Of a stretch of DNA of 64,000 nucleotides, positions 59,940 through 64,000 are shown one piece after another. Source of the DNA: a virus. Lineage: Duplodnaviria > Caudoviricetes. Positions within the stretch are counted from its first letter, which is position 1. Each line of letters opens with the position of its first letter. The stretch lies in IMG/VR virus record IMGVR_UViG_3300033066_000802, positions 32,001 to 96,000 of that record; one strand, given 5' to 3'. The notes beneath the pieces were generated by a model that saw nothing but the letters and a program-made list of their open reading frames with translations, ran no database searches and was not told where the DNA came from. Position numbers and translations under genes: made by a program.

Positions 59940-62900
59940 TTAAGCTAAAGTATTCACATAATTCTTAAAAGCTGTAACATCTATAACCTTCCTCCCATTA
60001 ATTAATCTTTTACTATTTTTAGCGATAACCTCATTATTTTCAGCTATCTTGAATGCACTCTTACTATCATTTATCGGTGCTGTCAACGAACCTAAAATAT
60101 AATCATCTGGTTTACCAATTAATACTGGATAAAACACAGCGGAATATATATCATATATGGTTTTTCGTTCATTATTTTTTAAAGTCGATTTCAAATATTT
60201 CTCTACATATTCTAATTGTTTGATTGGTGTCATCTCATATAAATCCTTTGTTGTTGTACCTAATTTTATTGCAGTACTTTCTAAAAACTGTATATAACCT
60301 GTGGCGGTACTTGCTCGATTTGTTGTATATGGTATATCTTTACCACCATCACCATATTGCGCTTTAGACCTAATACCACTTTCTGCATATATAACACGAA
60401 CAAGATCTAATTCATCAACGCCAAGATTAGTAGATATTTGTTTCATTTTATCACCAAAACCAATATTCGTTTCTTTAACAATATTATATCTATCCAAAAC
60501 CCTTTGTTTAATTGGTGTTTTAGTTGTTATTAATTCTGTTGGCGTATAACCACCTAATAAAGACTCATTTGATTGTATATCAATACCATAATCATCTGGA
60601 GTTACGCTGGAATCATTAACATAACCAAAGAAAGATATACCCAAAATTTTGTCAAAACAACCCAAGTATATATTATTAATATTCTTACTATTAACATTCA
60701 ACCCTGGCACAGCAAATGTATTTAAATATTGATACTCTTTAATATTATTATAATTATTAACATTTACGTTGTATATATTATCCTCAGCTTTAGGGTCTGT
60801 TGCTATATATTTCATATATATGATATCATAAGCCCTCCAGAAATTTGAAAAATCACTTGTTTGTGTGTCAGTAAAATTAATTTTTGGTGCCGTATTTGTC
60901 TTTGTATTAAATACACCGTCACCACCTGTATTATATTTACCATTTATATCCGTAATAATTAATTTTTGAGTAACCAACGAAGTTGGTTTTAAAACATTAA
61001 TAACATCATCAATCGATTTCGCCTCTGTTAAAGCTGTTAATGTTTTCCATATTGGTTTTTCTGGGTTAACTGGATATTCATTATATAATTCACTTAAAGA
61101 GTGTTCTTTATTCGTGTCAAAATATAGTTCATTTTCAAATGATAATGAATTAGCTCTCAAATTCAATGCCATATCAACCATATACGTTATAATAATATTT
61201 GGCTTAACAGGTTTATTTCCGTATTCCAAATAAGCGAAGCGCTTTGCACGATTATATAAAACCATTAACACCATTTTATAAATCTCAGTATTAGCTGGAA
61301 AATACTTACTTAAGAATGAATATAGTATTTGATTACCCTGAAATTCACCCATAGTATATGATTTTTGACTCATTTGATAAAATGTACCATAAGGGTTACT
61401 TACAGTGTTTCTTCTATTTTGTTTAATAGTTCCAACAGTATAATCATTATCAGTATCCGATGCCTTGGTTGTTGTTATTTTTGCTATAGTATCAGCTATC
61501 TGCCTAATAATATCAGATTTATTAGTTGTTTTATTAGCTATTGGTTGTCTGGTACCTTTAAATGTGGTTACCATATTATTTGGTGTAACATTATGTTCAA
61601 CATTAGTTATCCAATAACTACCATCAAATAATGGAACATCTTTCAAATAGAAATATGTTAATGGTTGTATCATAGCGTTACCCATTGATTGTACTTGGCA
61701 AGTATATGATCTGGTTTCCATTAATGAATATAAATTACCCGAAGCCACAGTCTGTATACCCTTCGCATCTTTATTAACGAGATTAATAAAAGCATTAATT
61801 GATTCCTCTGTATTAGCGAATTGACTCGTATCCAATTTAACATTACTAAACATGCTTTGATTTTTGTTACCAAAATCCACAACAAATGAAGTTACATTAC
61901 CATTTTTAACATCACTTGGAATTGTGTGTACTTCAGTCAAACCAAAAGGTTGTCTGGTTGTATCAATATCTAACGGGAATGAGTTCATTAAACTAAGATT
62001 TGATGAACCATTCAGCTTTTTTTCAAAAGATGATGTGTGATTTATCCACTGTAAAATAAATGATGGGTTTGAGTCAACTCTTTCAGTATTAGAATGCACA
62101 CCAAATAAATTATCAGCGTATTTATCTATATTATTATTAACGTCAGAAAAAGGTGATAAATAGTCAACATAACTGTTCATCGGATGTAATAAAAAGTCAT
62201 TCTTAGTAGCTATATCACTAAATAAACTATATACCGACTTATTAGTAATTTCACTATTAACAACATTGTTATTATGATTATCAATACTATTAAATTTAAG
62301 TTCCAAACTATCACCTAAACTAAGCACATCAATTAATATATCACCACCGATATCTCTATTACCTCTATCAACAATGTTAACATATTCTATCAAATGTTTA
62401 GGCATTTTACTATCAAAAATACTCGTAACGGAATCACCAACGTTTTGAGGGTCATTTATATCACCATCTTTAAATAAAAAGTTATAAAATAACGACCCAT
62501 TATTGACGTCCAATTCTGAATTAACATTTACATCAATATAATCCTGTGGATATGTATGAATTGTTTTAGGTTGATATGATATATATTTATCATATAAGTT
62601 TTTTATATTATAATATGTTTTACCTTTTAATTCATCAACAGAATCCTTTATATGTAATTTACTTATAAGTGAATTAGGATCTTTAGGATCAAGTTTTGTT
62701 AAACCCTCTAATCTAACTTTTATAGCGTCAAGGTGGTTATTAACACCCATTATATTTTGATCGTAAAAATCCCCAACAAATTTCACTAAATATTCAGATA
62801 TTTGTTTATCCAACTCTTTATTTGATAACACATTAAGATTAAATAAATATTTAATAACAGCACCTAATTGATCGTTGTTTTGTATCTCAAAATCAATAGC

Positions 62901-64000
62901 TTTTACTATTGACTGTAATTCTGTTGGCGCTTTTGATTTGTTATTATTTAACAAATATCTCATTAAATCAGTTATAAGGTTATATAATAATATAACATTA
63001 TTTTCGGTAACTTCAATATTTAAGAAAAAGAATAAATTAACGATCAATCTTGAATATGAATATGTTATATCGGGATCATCTCCATCATAAAAATACTTAA
63101 TAATTAATGGTTTATCAGCATTAACTGATTGTGTTTTATAGGATGATATTAACTTGTCACCGAAAATTAATTTTCGTGTATAATATTTTAAATATTTAGC
63201 CTCAACCAACTTACCTTTAATATCTGGTACAAACATAACATCTGGTCTAAATATGAAATTATCATAATATAATTGTTTGGTATTATCACCAGGAACAGCT
63301 ATTGACCCAACAGTACTATAATTGTTTATTGGTAATTTCTGAGAAGCAAAATCTTTAAATACTTTACCATGTCTATTATATTGCGCTTGAGTTAGAATAG
63401 CATTAATTTTGGCACTAATACCGTATTGATCACAGAAATAATAATTATAACTTGAATAACCGAGTAATAAATACATGGAATCCTCAACCGTTATAGGTGA
63501 ATCAAGAGTTATTGGTGTTATGTCTGGATCACTTATAGTACCAATACCTTTCATTAAGGTTTCAAATGTGTGATTATCATTATGTGTAATACCATAACAT
63601 TGTGCTGAAGTTGCAAATTCCAGAAAAACATTCTCAAATGCGTTAAATTTTTCAATATCAATGATACTATACAAATCATATAACCTTAATCTATTTTGGT
63701 CTTCCCATATTGTTAAATCGGTATAACCAGAACTCTTTCTGTAAGGTTCTGTGAAATAATTATTCTTATCAAAATTTGTTGATAGTGTTGAAATTAAAGA
63801 ATCGTTTGTTTTTTCGTTATGATTATTTTTATTAATATTATCTAATGTTGCAAACTGTAATCCACCATGCGCCGTATCATACCAAAATAACCTTGTAGCA
63901 TTCTCAATAACAGATCTGTTATCAAATGAAAGTTTATACTTATCATCACTATATAAATAAACCCTATCAGTTATATGTGTTGTTAAACCTTCAGGTTTGT
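59940..64000 (-). CDS. Large virion protein (baseplate hub/tail-associated) with C-terminal lytic-transglycosylase-like domain; 5' truncated by the window edge
   Basis: Frame is open from 63674 to 64000; YTCQVQSMGNAMIQP..YWITNVEHNV hub-like motif; VIYAESG...ATGYIQF...QLEYVEKY lysozyme-like motif. Confidence 0.75.
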   Translation of the reverse strand, partial: KPEGLTTHITDRVYLYSDDKYKLSFDNRSVIENATRLFWYDTAHGGLQFATLDNINKNNHNEKTNDSLISTLSTNFDKNNYFTEPYRKSSGYTDLTIWEDQNRLRLYDLYSIIDIEKFNAFENVFLEFATSAQCYGITHNDNHTFETLMKGIGTISDPDITPITLDSPITVEDSMYLLLGYSSYNYYFCDQYGISAKINAILTQAQYNRHGKVFKDFASQKLPINNYSTVGSIAVPGDNTKQLYYDNFIFRPDVMFVPDIKGKLVEAKYLKYYTRKLIFGDKLISSYKTQSVNADKPLIIKYFYDGDDPDITYSYSRLIVNLFFFLNIEVTENNVILLYNLITDLMRYLLNNNKSKAPTELQSIVKAIDFEIQNNDQLGAVIKYLFNLNVLSNKELDKQISEYLVKFVGDFYDQNIMGVNNHLDAIKVRLEGLTKLDPKDPNSLISKLHIKDSVDELKGKTYYNIKNLYDKYISYQPKTIHTYPQDYIDVNVNSELDVNNGSLFYNFLFKDGDINDPQNVGDSVTSIFDSKMPKHLIEYVNIVDRGNRDIGGDILIDVLSLGDSLELKFNSIDNHNNNVVNSEITNKSVYSLFSDIATKNDFLLHPMNSYVDYLSPFSDVNNNIDKYADNLFGVHSNTERVDSNPSFILQWINHTSSFEKKLNGSSNLSLMNSFPLDIDTTRQPFGLTEVHTIPSDVKNGNVTSFVVDFGNKNQSMFSNVKLDTSQFANTEESINAFINLVNKDAKGIQTVASGNLYSLMETRSYTCQVQSMGNAMIQPLTYFYLKDVPLFDGSYWITNVEHNVTPNNMVTTFKGTRQPIANKTTNKSDIIRQIADTIAKITTTKASDTDNDYTVGTIKQNRRNTVSNPYGTFYQMSQKSYTMGEFQGNQILYSFLSKYFPANTEIYKMVLMVLYNRAKRFAYLEYGNKPVKPNIIITYMVDMALNLRANSLSFENELYFDTNKEHSLSELYNEYPVNPEKPIWKTLTALTEAKSIDDVINVLKPTSLVTQKLIITDINGKYNTGGDGVFNTKTNTAPKINFTDTQTSDFSNFWRAYDIIYMKYIATDPKAEDNIYNVNVNNYNNIKEYQYLNTFAVPGLNVNSKNINNIYLGCFDKILGISFFGYVNDSSVTPDDYGIDIQSNESLLGGYTPTELITTKTPIKQRVLDRYNIVKETNIGFGDKMKQISTNLGVDELDLVRVIYAESGIRSKAQYGDGGKDIPYTTNRASTATGYIQFLESTAIKLGTTTKDLYEMTPIKQLEYVEKYLKSTLKNNERKTIYDIYSAVFYPVLIGKPDDYILGSLTAPINDSKSAFKIAENNEVIAKNSKRLINGRKVIDVTAFKNYVNTLA

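Noticed and set aside
837-63090. The many short + strand ORFs and nested - strand ORFs (47117, 51555) in the ORF track
   Set aside because: They are shadow frames overlapping long genes with recognisable motifs; only 8504 and 9789 occupy free space on +
63674-64000. TTG start at 63674 and a non-coding right end
   Set aside because: The reading frame stays open to the window edge, so the gene starts outside the window
52-64000. Active stop-codon recoding in this window
   Set aside because: Genes are full-length and tightly packed under code 11, with no fragmented ORFs

Overview
AT-rich, gene-dense segment of a large (jumbo-type) myovirus-like phage genome, with 54 of 56 plausible genes on the - strand. 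The host is probably Bacteroidota: there are TTTG-N20-TAnnTTTG promoters, a Bacteroidetes-type ClpP and sigma-70, SprB-like repeats and a DUF6576-like tail. Left to right: an SprB-repeat tail-fibre-like adhesin, clpP, a Ro60/TROVE-like (DUF2828) gene followed by a ~330-nt structured non-coding region, dnaJ, a methyltransferase, acidic putative head proteins, a lysis-like cassette, a sigma factor, SbcC/SbcD, an exonuclease, primase, RuvC, a ~25-kb baseplate/tail module, class II RNR (nrdJ) with an HNH gene behind it, DnaB-like helicase, FEN/5'-3' exonuclease, RecA/UvsX, a gp32-like SSB and a large lysozyme-tipped virion protein that runs off the right edge. Two candidates stand out. (1) The Ro60-like gene is followed by end-paired RNA elements built from about 7 covarying stem/pseudoknot units and a terminator, a possible phage Ro/Y-RNA-like RNP system. 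(2) The HNH element appears to have inserted in the last codons of nrdJ, supplying a replacement redox C-terminal tail and ending in the displaced one. All protein calls come from motif recognition by eye; no database searches were run.
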